A stretch of DNA of 64,000 nt, taken from Lepidodermella squamata (taxonomy: Eukaryota; Animalia; Gastrotricha). The notes under the pieces are model-generated. The model was given only the letters and a program-made list of their open reading frames with translations, did no database searches and was not told the origin of the DNA. A program made the translations under genes and the position numbers. Position 1 is the stretch's first letter. Every line of letters begins with the position of its first letter. Location of the stretch: assembly GCA_047495785.1 (NCBI GenBank), contig JBLDXI010000020.1:2046001-2110000 (forward strand). Reading direction: 5' to 3'. Below are positions 36,952 through 50,600 of this stretch, piece by piece.

Positions 36952-38136
36952 ATGGTCCATCTAACTGTCGAGATGCTACAGAGAGGCTTTGCCAATCATA
37001 ATCAACCTCAGGACATAGAACACCTCAGGAAAATAACTCACTTGCAGATTTCAGGACGTGATTTGGAATCTGTCGAATCAGGTACCCTTGATCTTATGAA
37101 TGCTTTCATTCAACACTGAACTTATTCATGTTGTGAATTTACAGATGCTCTAGCTGCTTGCAGAAGCTTGGCTGTTGTATACCTTTACGACAATCGGCTG
37201 GAATTCATTCCAAATTTTCGCCCTGCTAACGCTTTAAATCTGACTCATCTTTATCTGCAGAATAATGCAATCACGCGCATTACTGGTTTGGAGGTATTGA
37301 GAGGATTGACGAAATTATTTCTTGGTGGAAATCAGCTGACTGTTGTCGAGGGTCTCGAGCAATGCAATCAGTTGGAGGAGCTGAGAGTTGAGCGTCAACG
37401 TTTCCCGCCTGGTCACAGCCTTGTCTTCGATCCTCAAACGATAGCTGGGCTTTCGCAGTCATTGCACGTATTGGACGTATCTGGAGACAAGCTTACGTCG
37501 CTATTGCCTCTTGCACAGCTGGCTCAACTGCGTGAATTGTATGCCACTGCCAACGTGATTGAAGAATTCAGAGAGACTGGCGCGCTTTTGGAGAGTAGTT
37601 GGCGGAGGCTTGAGACGTTGGATCTCTCAGGCAATCCGATTTGTCAGCGTAATAAATATCGCGAAAGAGTGATCTACCTAGCAAATTCGTGCTTGAAACA
37701 GCTTGATGGTAAAGAAGTTACCGACGCACAACGGAAGTTTGTTCAGGGATGGCATCAAGCTGCACGCGGCAAAAATCACGATGATAAGATCAAAGGTGAT
37801 AGAACTATGTGGTCGAAGGAGTCCAAGTTCCATCACAGCTCTTCGCTTTGGCAGACACCTCAAACTGCGGCTCAAATTCAGAGCGAAGCTATGTCGCTAA
37901 GAATGCATCCTGAGCCTTCAATTGGATCTCATTACGTCATTCCGGCTATGCCGTTGCGGAACAACACGGTCAAACACCAGGCTAATGTAAAACATGGCAA
38001 AGGATCAGCTCCTGCTGGTCAAGGATTATTCACTCAATTCGCTTCAAGAGATTCTTTTGTTCCTGACCGCGCTGCGCAAATGCAAGAATTGTCGCGTCGA
38101 TTAGATGCTAACGCAAGTTTGTCAGCCAAAGTTTGA
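36952..38136 (+). CDS. PPP1R42: Protein phosphatase 1 regulatory subunit 42 (LRRC67), LRR protein
   Basis: Exons 36952-37081, 37145-38136. MVHLTVEM..RKITHL, YLYDN, NLTHLYLQNN, LFLGGN..VVEGLE, ERQRFPPG..FDPQT, DLSGNPIC..KYRERV..LDGKEV match the recalled PPP1R42 pattern. Confidence 0.88.
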
Positions 38137-38470
38137 CCAGCAGTATTTGTTTGAAGAAAATCTGTACTCGTTGTGCAGAATAGTATTCTTACTCGACTTC
38201 ACAAAATATGTGATAATCAATGTTACCTATTTCTTTATCTGTGATATTTTTTACCCGTTTTCACGACCTTCTTATTGATGTTTTAAAACCGTTTTAGCAT
38301 GATACGTTATACGTATTATAAAATCAAATTCGATTTCGCAGCTTCGTACTTGAGTTGAGGTCCAATTTTTTCGCATCGTATTTTTCTTTGCTCACATGAA
38401 TAATTGAAGAAAATAGCTATTTAATTTCAATTGGCTTTTATTTTTTTATTTTTAGAGTTTTATTATTGGA

Positions 38471-40497
38471 ATGGGTATACGGTGTTGTAGCTGTTTCACA
38501 AATGAACAGAAATTCTATACGGTCATCGCACTAGTTAGCACGTTTTTCGTCGTTGAAATTACGACTGGGTACATTTGCAATTCGCTCGCCCTCATCTCCG
38601 ATGCCTTCCACATGCTATCAGACTTACTCGCTCACATCGTTGGGCTATGTGCAATCAGGGTGAGTGAGAAAATCAGTTTTAGTGAATTTATAATGATTTG
38701 ATGGTGTTAGATTTCGAAAATGCAATCGAAAATCAATACTTTCGGCTGGGCGAGAGCCGAAGTCATGGGTGCATTAGTAAATGCTGTTTTCATGTTGGCG
38801 GTGTGCCTAACCATTGTGCTTGAATCTATTGAGCGATTTATTGAATTGGCCGAAGTCGAGAGGCCAGTTCTGCTGTTAATAGTTGGCGCCGGTGGTCTGC
38901 TAATCAACATCATCGCCTTTTTCCTGTTTATATCCGGCGAAGGCGGTGGACATGGTCACTCGCACGGAGGAGGCGGCGGCGGTCACGGCCATTCGCATGG
39001 CGGTGGTGGCAGCAGTAGCCATGGCCACTCTCACGGCGGAGGTCATAGCCACGGTGGCCACGGCCACTCGCATGGAGAGAAGGACAAGGACAAGGAGAAG
39101 AAAAAGAGCTCCGCATCAGCTAGTCAGATGAATATTGCGGCGGTGCTGCGTCACGTGATCGGAGACGCGCTCGGCTCAGTCATCGTTGTTGTTGTGGCGA
39201 TTTTAATTTGGCAACTGCATGGCCAGAAATGGGTTCTCTACTTGGATCCGGTGCTTAGCCTCTGCCTCGTTATTGTCATGGCCAGTTCTACCTTACCTTT
39301 ATGTGAGTTTCCTGAAAAAAATTGACCTATTAAAATTAAAAGATGAAATCCAATCGTTAAAAGTGAAAAGTGACGCCGCGAGATTTTATGCTGCCATTAG
39401 GGTTAATAAACGACCTACTTTAGTTAACTCTTTCTTGGGGAATTTTAAGCTGAGAAATTCATCAACATTTTCAAAAATTTCAATAGGATCATGCTAGCGT
39501 CTCCACTTTGACCTGAAAAGATAAGACTTATCGGCGAAACTGGACCCGTCTTTCAAATAAGATAGGACTATCCTAGATCTGCAAATTTCTAAAACTTGAG
39601 ATCTATGAGAAGAATTGGATCAGGGCATAGAAACTCCAATTCGGCACACTTTCTACGATTTGCTGAAAAATTGAAAGAATTGACATTGTAAAACATATTA
39701 TTTCAATTTTACTTCGATTTTGCAAAATTTTCGCCAAATAATTCACTAATTTCATTCTTGAATTTGTTTTGGTTTAATAACGTTAATTAATTTTTTATAT
39801 TCTATTTTGACAGTGAAAGAGGCTAGTCAAGTTCTTATGCAACAAGCCCCTCCCGAATATGAGATGGCCGAATTTAGGCAACGTCTCATGAAAAAAATTA
39901 CAGAGCTCGGTGTTTTATCCGTACACGAATTCCATGTTTGGCGCTTAGCTGGAAGCCGCGTTATTGCCAGGTTTTTTCGATTTTTCCTCAAATTATTCGA
40001 TTTTTTTACGATTTATTTCGAATTTTAGCATTCATATAACTTGTCGAGATGTGAATAATTTTATGGAAACGGCCGAGTCGATTCGAGAATTTTTCCACAC
40101 TGAAGGCATTCATTCTGTGACAATTCAGCCGGAAATTGCCGGCGCTAGTGAAGCTGCGTCAAAAATGCTTATTAGCCAGCCGCCACACAATCATCACAGC
40201 CATAATCATAGCCATAATCACGGTCATGGCCACAGCCACGACCATGAGGAACATGAGCACAGCTTTTCAGACCTAGACCAGCCTTGCACTGAAGAGTCGT
40301 GCGCAACCCCAGTGCCTAATCCTAGCAGCACGACTGTAAACGAAAACGCCAACGCCATAGTTAGTTCAAATGGGAACGCTAATAACAATAATAACGATAC
40401 TCGATGCCGATTGACCTGCTCGCCTGATTTGAAGTGCCAATTAGTGACGTGTTGCCCAGCTCCACGGCCTGTAGTGACACCGTCAAATCTACCTTAA
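38471..40497 (+). CDS. SLC30A1: Zinc transporter ZnT1-like (SLC30A1/A10 family)
   Basis: SLALISDAFHMLSD, NTFGWARAEVMGALVN, five GHSHG-type loop repeats, RHVIGDALGS, YLDPVLS, VHEFHVWRL, FHTEGIHSVTIQPE; second His-rich tract in the C-terminus. Confidence 0.88.
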
Positions 40498-43391
40498 CAA
40501 AATTGTTTAGGAAATAATGATAATAATTGTTGACGATTTTTTTCACACACGCTTCATTATTATTATACTACTATGATAGTCGACCATCTATCAATGATCA
40601 GCAGGAAAAAGTGCACTTCATATAACATTTTGGGACATTGTTTTACGCACAAAAATCAGAACGATATTCAAAGCACTGAACCGGGTACAGACTCGGCGTT
40701 TGATATGAAAATAATGTCGTAATTAACTCTTCTGGAATTCGGCTTTTTGCGTGCCGTGTAATCCATGCAATGTGGTTTTCCCACTCGGGAAAACGATATA
40801 ATAAAAGTATTGTCGCGCTGACTCTTGTCATCAAAACATATCGTCGTCTACAACACGAATATATTTGCCGTTGTTTTTGATAATAATAACAGCCAGAAAT
40901 TTGATAAGCAATATATTGTCAGGTTTTACCGGCGTACCTCATGAAATAATGTCTTGATTTTGTTAATGAAACCAAATTAGCTGTTATATATATCTTTCAA
41001 CGTTTCTTCTTCTTGAAAAATTCCTAGCCTTTTTGTCTGCTTTTTCTCGCTCTCTTTGATCGACGGAGACTATATACATATTACTCGTTTAATTGATATT
41101 TGTAATAAAAAATTTGCTATTTCTTTCTTGAGAAAAATCTGATGACACTAGCGATGATGAGAAGAAAATAAAATGGAAATTTAAACCAAATATTTTGCGT
41201 ACATTTTCACTCGTGTCTAAGCAAACAATCATTTTTTTGTGTCGTCGCAATGTTTTTGTTCTCAGCACTGATAAAAGTTTAAGTACATACAGCAGCAGGT
41301 AGGTAGGTAGGTTGAAAGAAAATTTTCCGCTGCGTCACGATGTTTTATTATTATTTTTCTAATCACTAAAGCCAGGCATCGATTAGTCGCGCGGCGAAAT
41401 CGATGCGCTTACCTGGATTATAATACATTTTTAATAGCCGGAGGTAGCTGGTTGGCAAAAAGAAGGACGGCGCTGATCAAATAAAAAGCGTAATAAGTGG
41501 CCAATATATTATATAATTAACGCCGGTTTTTGTAGAAAAAACACTGCGAAGAAAAGCCGTCGAATAAAAGTGATATTATGTAATTACCGTCTGTTTAGGT
41601 GCACTTGTGAAATGTAGCGTAACTGTTGCTATTGTTGTGGAACGGTCAATTTTTGAAACAAAAGAGAAAAAAGCAGGCCTCTTGTGGCGCAGGTGTTGCG
41701 CGCGAACAATAGACGTGGAAATACGCAGCGGTAAAAAATATTATTGCGCGGAGATAACTTTTTGAGCGGCAATTAGCCCGCCTTGATTGGCGGTCCCAGC
41801 GGTCGAAAACACGCGCGAGTGTGTGCGCGTATATACAGGTCTCATTATTAAAAAGCGGCGTTTTATTATTTTTACTACAGCGGTTACCGGGGCTACCTGT
41901 GTAAATTACTATCATCATTATTTCTTGGTACTTGTTACGTGGCTATTTTCCGCCAACTTGAGCCAAGAGAGCGCTACGAGTGATGCCTCGCTAACGCTGC
42001 CTGCGAGTCTTACAACGCGACGCTCTAAATGTTTGCCATCCTATTGCCAATATAAGTTTCGTTAATACATCGTGTATACAGACGCCTACCTGTGGTGGCG
42101 TTTACTACATAACATGTGCGCGCAAAAATACGGGAATACACCTGTTTTTGACGTATTAACGATATAGGTATATATTGTACGCCCTGATGTTGTTATATGA
42201 CAGGGTAATATACAAAACGATGAAAACACGCACACGTCTTTCCCGAATCGCGAAACACATCCACCTTGACAAATGAAAATGGAAAAATGCCCAATTCGCA
42301 CTGATTTACCGCAAATTGACAAAAACCGTCAAATTTTTGAAGAGTTGAAAATTGAAATGTTGTTGAGCTGAAGTACTTCTTGATATTTCCGGAATTTTCT
42401 TATGAAATTGGAACCGATCGGGAAGTAGAATCGAGAACAAAAAAGTGCGTTTAATAATAAAAAAGAGAAACGAGCCAAAGGTTGACTGAGCTGTTCGACA
42501 AAACCAATGAAATGCGGTTTGAAAAAATTAAGGTGGATAAAATTCAGTTCGATCCAACTCGAAATCGATATCCTGCGAGGTTCGGAACGTTTTCAGGAAA
42601 TCGAAGCTGGGGAAATTTATAACCCCAGACTGAAGCTCAGTTAGGGAAGCTCCTAAAATAGAAACTAAGTATTTATAAAAGAAGTACGGGGTTTCCTGAT
42701 TTGGTTGTAAAAAACTGGGAGGGTTCCAACTTGGAACCTACCTGGAACCCAGATTTCACTTGACAGCTTGCTATGATTAGTTATTATTAGCTGCATTTTT
42801 GTCTCAGCATACCCTCAATGTTATATATATTAATAGATGGGGCTGTACATCGCACATGCAGAACAAAGGGGCATAATGATAATATAATAAATGACTATGG
42901 CGCACGTTTATTACTGCGGAGGACAAAGCGGGACCAGGGCGCACACGTTATAACGCGAAACGTGCTCAGCGTAATAATGTGCGTGCGCGTGTTTGACTCA
43001 TACCCCGCCCTGTATTATATTTACCTGCTCGGCAAGTCATTTTCAACGATAAAAAGCGAGCGGCAAGATGCGCTAGATTGAGGTCATGATCACCCATTGT
43101 TTTTGCGATGATGACAATAAAACGGCTCGAGCACGGCTGGTCAGCCTGTGTGCTGTTTTGTTAAATATACAGTAGGAGCAGCGCAGTATAGGTAATAAAT
43201 AGTAGCCACTCTTTAGCAGCGCGTCAAGTTCTGAAGCTAATTAACTCTTTTTAAAACTCACGGCTATTTACCAACCTCGTCATAAACAAAAAAGGCTGAC
43301 CCATTTTAGCGCCACCTTAACCTCACCTTGTTGTCTTGTTATTTTCTCGTCTCGCTAACATTTTGTTATTTTGTTTCGTAGAGACACTAAT

Positions 43392-46300
43392 ATGATGTAT
43401 GAGCCGTATTTCGACCCGCCGTCGTCGCGCATGTCAAAAGCGTCAAAGGCGTGGATAGCCGCGAATTTTGAAGGTCACGCCCCAGCAGCAGCAGCAACGA
43501 TGAGCCGGCAAAATAGTTACCTTACGCCGCAGAATTATCAAACGCCGCGTTTGTTAGCAAGTGATAGGCGAGTGATAGGTCATCCGCCTCACCACCAGCC
43601 GCCTCAGCATCCGCCTCTCGTCGCCTCGACGCCGTACACGCGACAGGTCAGCAATGCGATGAGCGTCTACGCAAACGCGCCGCCTCCATCTCGCTTCAAC
43701 AACGGAATGGCGACGATTTCTTACCACCCGCGTAACCAGCCGGGTGTGACGGCCTCGGCTCGGTATTACCAGCGCGAAGATGCCAGAGCTTTGTGGCAAC
43801 CGCCGCCTGAACAGCGACAACCAGTCGTTGCCTTCAAACAAACGCCGATTTTTTACGAGCCTCAACCTGCGACGCCAGTCTATCACAACACGGCTCCGAT
43901 TTACCAGGACTCAAAGTCGTATTTTAACCCGACTATGCCGGTTAAAAAGCCGCAGATGGGCAAGCACAGGGTCGGCAGTCACCACCAGCTGAATTCATCC
44001 AGTGGTGGCGAGTCTTGCTGCTCCTCGTGTTGTTCGCTGTCCTCGTTTCATGAAGGCCATTCTAAAAAGCCGCAAACTTCGCGACCATTCAACCGTGACG
44101 CTCATAGTGAGTTTTGATTCCACCTCAAAATGTCAGATTTTTTATTCGGTTTTTTTATGAAGATCATAGCTGTGATTCAGCGTCATTTTCCTCGACCTGT
44201 TCAAGCTGTTCGTGTAATAAACCTCGCCCGGCCGCGCCCGTCCCAGCTCCGGTTCCAGCTCAGTACCAGCAGGTCGATACTCGCACTTTGACTCGAAACA
44301 TCCGCAACAGGGCTGAACGGCGGCGAACGATTAGCGGTGTCAGCCCTACCGATCTACTTCAGGCTCAACAAAGCTATCTTTCAAACGAAAATACGCCAAC
44401 GCCGGGACCGGGCGATCGCGACCGGCCTCCATCGGCTGTTTACTGTAACGAAGCGGCTCTATCTGGAACCACTGTGAACAACAGACGGGTTAAAGTTCCT
44501 CCTCGAGTCGTAAAACCAGGTAAATAAATAAATAAATTATTAAGGTAGATTTTTTAATTATTTTTTTATAGGTGACACTCACACTACTAGCAGTCGAGAT
44601 TCAGGAATCGGTGCCAGTGTGACACCGGCGAGTCAAATTGGGACATATTCTCAGGATATGGGCGCCGCTCCATCGAACTACCAACAGAATAATATTTCTG
44701 GCAGTAAACAAACCCTGGTTAAAACATCATCCGGCTCTGATCGAAGCACGGCTTCAAATGTCGTGAAAAACGTTGGGAAAACTATTGTTGTAGCAGGCGA
44801 TGCTGAGCAGAAGGCGACTACAACGCTTTACGCGACCTCGGTTCAGACGCCGACTTCAGTTCGATCGAGTCGAAGCTCGGTGTTTTTACGCCTCGAGGAA
44901 GTTCGGCATAAAAGCTTACCCCAGGGCGAAGCTTTCGCGAGAAATTCTTCGTTCTCTTCAACAGCTTCGTCCTCAGCCTCTAACGCGTTGCGCAATGGGC
45001 CGAACGCGAAGAAATCGGCCGGTGGAAATGTCAGTGTGGGCAACACTGCGACGAAGTGTGTACCTGTAGCTGGGCCGAATGACCGCTACATGTGGGTTGA
45101 TGGTCACTACGACAATGAAGTCGAGGTGAAGCGGTCTTCATCGGTTGTTCATCCGATTCCAACTAACAATGTCGTTGATCCTAAATCTTCGATGCGTGAC
45201 AAGAAAACGGCTTCTCTTTCGCGGAAAAATTCATGTGAGTTTATTCAAATGAATTCATAGTAATTTCTAGACTTGATAGGTAGAGTTTACAAATTTGAAA
45301 TTTTTAGTCGAAATTTCATTGAATAATAATTTCAAATACCGGTAATGTGGGAACTGGCGACTGAACCTTGAATTCACCCTGAATTTTTTACTGTAGCGCT
45401 TAATTGCGTCAGAATGGTATTAAGAACTTTTCTCGATCGCATTATATGTTCCTTCAAATTATTCAAATCCCTGATGCTCCTTATACTTTGATAGTTGGAA
45501 ACCCATAGTATCGGGAAATTAGTTGTATTGGGTGGTTACTTTTAGCGGAACCAGAAATTGAAATGCATTTTACATCTAACAATCAATTCGCCCGTATATG
45601 CGTTTTCAAGATTTTCTCAAAATTAATTATTAATTATGAAAAATCCAAACAAATTACGAAAAAATTATCCGTAAAAAGCTGCTAAATAAGGTAGCATCCT
45701 CTTTTTAAAAACACAGCGGTATCATATTTTAAAAATGATTGAAAAATGACCCTTATTTATATTATTTGCGTTTTGTGCCAAGTTTTGAATTTTGGTTCCG
45801 CTAAAAAAAATAAAAAATAAAAACAAAGTCCGGTAGAATCACTAAAACTATGTCCTCCACCTTTTTTGGGTGGGCAATCATTTAGACTCATTTTTCGCTC
45901 GTTTTACTCGAATTTTTATTCGCATTATAGGATTTGAGCCAACATTGCCGTAGTAGAAAATGTTTACCAAAAGGATCATAATTTTCTTTCCCTTTTTTTA
46001 GTTTTCCGAAATATTCTGACGACGTTGTTCGGAATAAAGCCGAAACAGCATTCCGACGGTGACGCGGATGATCCGAACGTGAATCCGGCGAAACAGCGCC
46101 GGCCCGCCTCTCGCAGTGCCTCGGCCGTGTTCGCCCGCGCGACACTTTCGAAGCAAAACAAGCAGAACGCAAACAACTCGAGCCGGGACTCGAAGCAAAA
46201 GGAGAGTTCACTCGAGCGCAACCGGACGTGGCACGGCCTGAAGCCGTACACAAAAAACAACAAAACAAAGGCGGATATGCGGACAGTCTTCGACTCGGAT

Positions 46301-46774
46301 AGCAATAATAATAATAATAACAATAATAATAACAGCAATAATAACCACAAATCCTCACACCAAAATTTGAGTGCGAAATCGTCGAGTAACAGCAATATAG
46401 CTATTAAGGCGGCGGAAGAAGACGCAAAATCGACGTATACTAGCTTGTCAAAGGACGACGGCTCGTCTACCCTGGGCAGGCAATCGAATCTAGGCGGATT
46501 TTCAACGCTGTCCCGGCCTGTTAGTCGCGGCACTTCTCTAGCGTCCACCTTAAAAACTAGTGCCTCGACGCGAGGCGGGCCGTTGTTTTTGGTGAAACGG
46601 CGAACGAGTAGCGCAACGTTGGTGAACCCAGTCCCACCGGCGGCTCCGGGCGTCAAAGACCCGGATAATCCGAACGAAACGGCTATTATCGCGAATGTCG
46701 AACAGCTGCTAGCCATGGCTCGTGTTCACCCTACTCTTGAGTACGAATGGATTCCGGACGATTATTTCATCTGA
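43392..46774 (+). CDS. Unknown large low-complexity (P/S/N-rich) protein
   Basis: Four long GC-richer ORF segments (~43392-44107, ~44123-44519, ~44572-45234, ~46001-46774) bounded by GT-AG sites; poly-Asn tract; no domain recognised. Confidence 0.7.
46304..46345 (+). repeat. (AAT/AAC)n coding microsatellite, poly-Asn
   Basis: aataataataataataacaataataataacagcaataataac. Confidence 0.9.
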
Positions 46775-47651
46775 GACAAATCATTCATTCGCTCAAATAT
46801 TTGTTTTTAGTTTTAAGGTATATTATACTTATTTGGCTGCAATATCAATATCATCTGCTGCTGGTGTTGTGTGCGGTTCTCTCATTTTTTTACCCGAGAT
46901 TTATTATAATCAAAACTAGCACATCGCTCACTCCTGTTTGCGCGCCTTTCTACAACTTCAAAACGGGGGTTTTGAATAGATTCTATACATTATGAAAGTA
47001 ATTTATTTGTGATGAGATGATGTATCAAAAATAAAACTGCTGTTGTTTTTAACCACTTTCAAAAAATTCAAATTTTTTTGAAAATTTCATATTTTATTAA
47101 TATTTTTAATAATAATAATAATAATAATTCTCCAACGAGTGCCCATCGAGTAAAAAGTTCGAGATAATGAGTAACAAAGTGTGCTACTACACAACATCAC
47201 AACAATCGAAGCCGCGAGAATTCTTTTCATCCTCAGGGCTATTTATTTAGGTTAGAAAATATTTGCACGATATTATAATGAAAAAATCGAACGCTATCCA
47301 CCTTAACAATTTTGCATGTTATTTTTTTAAGGAGGATTTTTTTCCGTTTGACACGCCTCCGAGGCATACAATTAGGCTATTTGATTATTAGTGCTGAGTC
47401 ATCATTAAATATTACGACGTGAAAAGGCAAGATTCATTAGTATATCACATTAGATTTGCGGTAAAAATTGAGATTAATTTATCACGATTGATTATTTTTC
47501 TGTTGCTAAAAAGGTAGTCAAAGGAAGATTTGTTCAATGTGTAATTAATTATTGGTTGAAAAAATCATCACAACTTCAGCAGTGCGAACTAAAAACCAGT
47601 TATTAGGGTTCACACACGCTATCAATATTTTAGGGTGGATACAAAAAAATT

Positions 47652-50600
47652 TCACTGGCGTTTCGATGACGGCGTGTCGAGCGAGTCGGCCACCGTAAAA
47701 CTCGACGATTGCGGGTTGCTGCCGTGCACCTGCTGCTGCCGTTTTCGAGCTTCGATCGTCGACGGCGATAACTCGCGCAGGCCACGTCGCGAAACTCGAA
47801 CTGGCGTTAGCGTGTTGTTGTTGTTGTTCATTGAAGCGTTGTGTTCGATGACGGTCGACACGGTTGACAACTGCTCGGTGGATGAGGCTGGGTTTTGTTC
47901 TACAGGCGGCAGCATGACGTGCGGCGTTCGACGAGCCGATATTAACGTGGCTTCACTCGCTAAAGTATTAAACAAAAATAAAAAAATTAGTCGAATAAAT
48001 TTGAAGTCCAAAAAATAACTGAATCATCAGGTAAATTAACTGAAGGAGAACACCTAGGTATTTAATGGATCTTACGTTTAGCGGACCCATAGGTGCCTGT
48101 TTGGGGACCAATGTTGCCTGTAAGAGCAGAACGATATGTTTCACAGTTGAAATATTAAAAAGTTTGCCACCGCTTAGCTTCAATTAAAATTTTACTACTC
48201 ATTCTTCGAAGCTTAGATTTTGCTCAGGATATAACACGAATTAAATATAACAGAATATCGCCAAATTTTTAGCCGTTAGAGTTTACAAATGTTTGCTTTT
48301 CTAAGCATTTCTACGAATTGAAGTTGGACTGAAATGACCCGAAATTTTACAGATCTCGGGAAAGCCACGCTGTAAGACTAAAAAGCGGCCTCCTTCGTTT
48401 GGATATTGTACCGAATGTTAAGCCTATACAGAATCGTTTCACCTAAATTTTCCATTATTTTTTTTTATTTTTGGTTATTTTTGATTAATTGGAATTCAAG
48501 TCAGACATTCAAGTGACATTTTTGGATTTTGAAGAATTTCGCACGTCGACTTCAACCTTACCTCAAGAAATTTTCTCAAAATTGGGGTTTTAAGAAAATA
48601 AGGATTATTTTACACCAGCTGGGGGTCGCTGGGGTCGCTTGATGATTTTCCTAGAACTTAATTTTGTTCATTTTTGGTCAAATTTCCGGAAAGAATATTC
48701 AAAAATAGCGTTATTATTCGACTGAAAATGCGGTTAAGAGCCAAATTCGTGAAAATATTGAAGACATTCCAGGAAAAACGGTTGTTAATTTGGTGATATT
48801 TTTATAGCTTGGACGCAAAATCTCGGAATTTTGAGCATCTTTTCCGACAGTGAAAAAGAAAAACGAACATTCTTCTAGGGGTAGCAGCCTGGGAAGAATA
48901 TTAGATTTTGGGGTCGACAAGGGTTAGGTGTTAAGAAGCCCTGTTTTGCACCTTCAACAGAGTTTTAGAGAGTAAAAATCGATTTATAATAGGTATCAAT
49001 TTTACAGATCAGCATTACAGCTTCGAGAACCAATATTTAAAAATATTCTAAATATTTAAAAAATTTGTCGAATTCGCATTCGAATTCGTCGGAAATGTTC
49101 TTGGTCTTGCATGGCAATTTCAAGTAATAAATCAGGTAAAATGGGTGACACATAGAGAACATTTTGAAAATTACCTCTGAAAAATGAATTCTTCGAAGTC
49201 GGAGAATCAGCTTGAGCTGCCGAGCCCAGGAAACCGCCGCCACTCGAGCTGTCATGCATCGCTGAACCCGCAGTGCCACCTTTCGGTCCAGCCTTACTAT
49301 TCACATTCTCTTCATTACTCGCCTGGGTGATATTCAACGCAGGCGGCTGTTTCTGCTGCAAACTAGCCGCGGCAACAATACGATTCCTCAAATCATTCGT
49401 CGCCTTTTTCGCAACTTGCAAGTCCCGATTGATTTCCTTACTCAACCTCTGCGCCCGTTCATCGACGCTAACCCGCGTCGAGTTGATATTCGACTCTTGA
49501 AGAGCAGTTTCCAGCGTCCTAACAACTCGATCCTTCTCATGCAGCTGCGTTTCCAACTGCGCGATTTGCAGCTTATTCCGCGACTGGGCGTCGCGTAACT
49601 CGACAATTCGATCGAACAAATGGGCCAATAACTGCCGCGCGTCATCGCCGCTAAGCACCTTCAACTGGTCGTGAACCATAGCCGTGCTCTGCCGAACAGC
49701 TTCAGCCGGCATTTTCGCCTCAACCTCCCCTAAAGCCTCCTGTCGATACTCAAGCGCTTGATCTACAGCATCAATAGCCTCCTCCAACTCGGCTAATCTC
49801 CGCTCTTCAGGCATAGATAGGACGAAACCCGAGGCGAGTCGATCGGCTAGAACCTTCCGTTGAGCGTCCAAATGAGCCCGGCCGGCTTGAAGGGCCGTTT
49901 CATCCGGGATCTGCGATAACTCCTGAGTCAAAGCCTGGGAACTCCTCATTTTTCTCAGGATCAATTTCTCACGCTCGGAGACCATCGCCTCTCGTTTCGC
50001 GAGCAACTCCTGCTGACCGGCTAGTTGCTGCTCCAACTGCCGCAGTTGCTCCCGGGCCGCTGTGACCTTTTCAACCTCATTCTCCAGCCATTGGCGATGG
50101 GTATCAACATCGTCACTGGTCGAATTAGATGGCCGGTTAGATTTTCGCCTAGCACTCACCAATTGATCGGCCCGTTGTCGTAGCATTCGCTCCTGTTGTT
50201 GGGATCTTTCCTCTAATTGACGAATTTTAACCTGATCCTTCTCAACCTCGCGCTCTAATTTCGTCTTTGTGTCCATTTCTTCTTTCAACCGCTTTTGTAG
50301 ATTCGCTTGTTGTTGCTTCAAATTACCGAGCGCGACCTTTAAATCGTCCAATTTAGCAGCGGAGTTTGCCTTCTCGCTCGCCTCGGCTTGCTTCTTTTTA
50401 AGGAGGGACATTTTCTTACGCGCCGCTTCTAATTTCTGCTCGTTATTCTCCGACCGGTCTTGCTCCATTTTCTCGACAACAGCCTGCATTTCGCGTAGTT
50501 CAGCCGCGGTTTGCTCCTTCTCGCGATGCAGCGCTCGGATGATTTCAGCCTGTTCCTGCGCCACTCGGTCCGTCTCGCGGCCTGATCGAACTAGTTGAGC

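Noticed and set aside
45888-46716. Antisense ORFs with poly-Leu/Tyr-Cys tracts
   Set aside because: Shadows of the plus-strand exon and its AAT microsatellite
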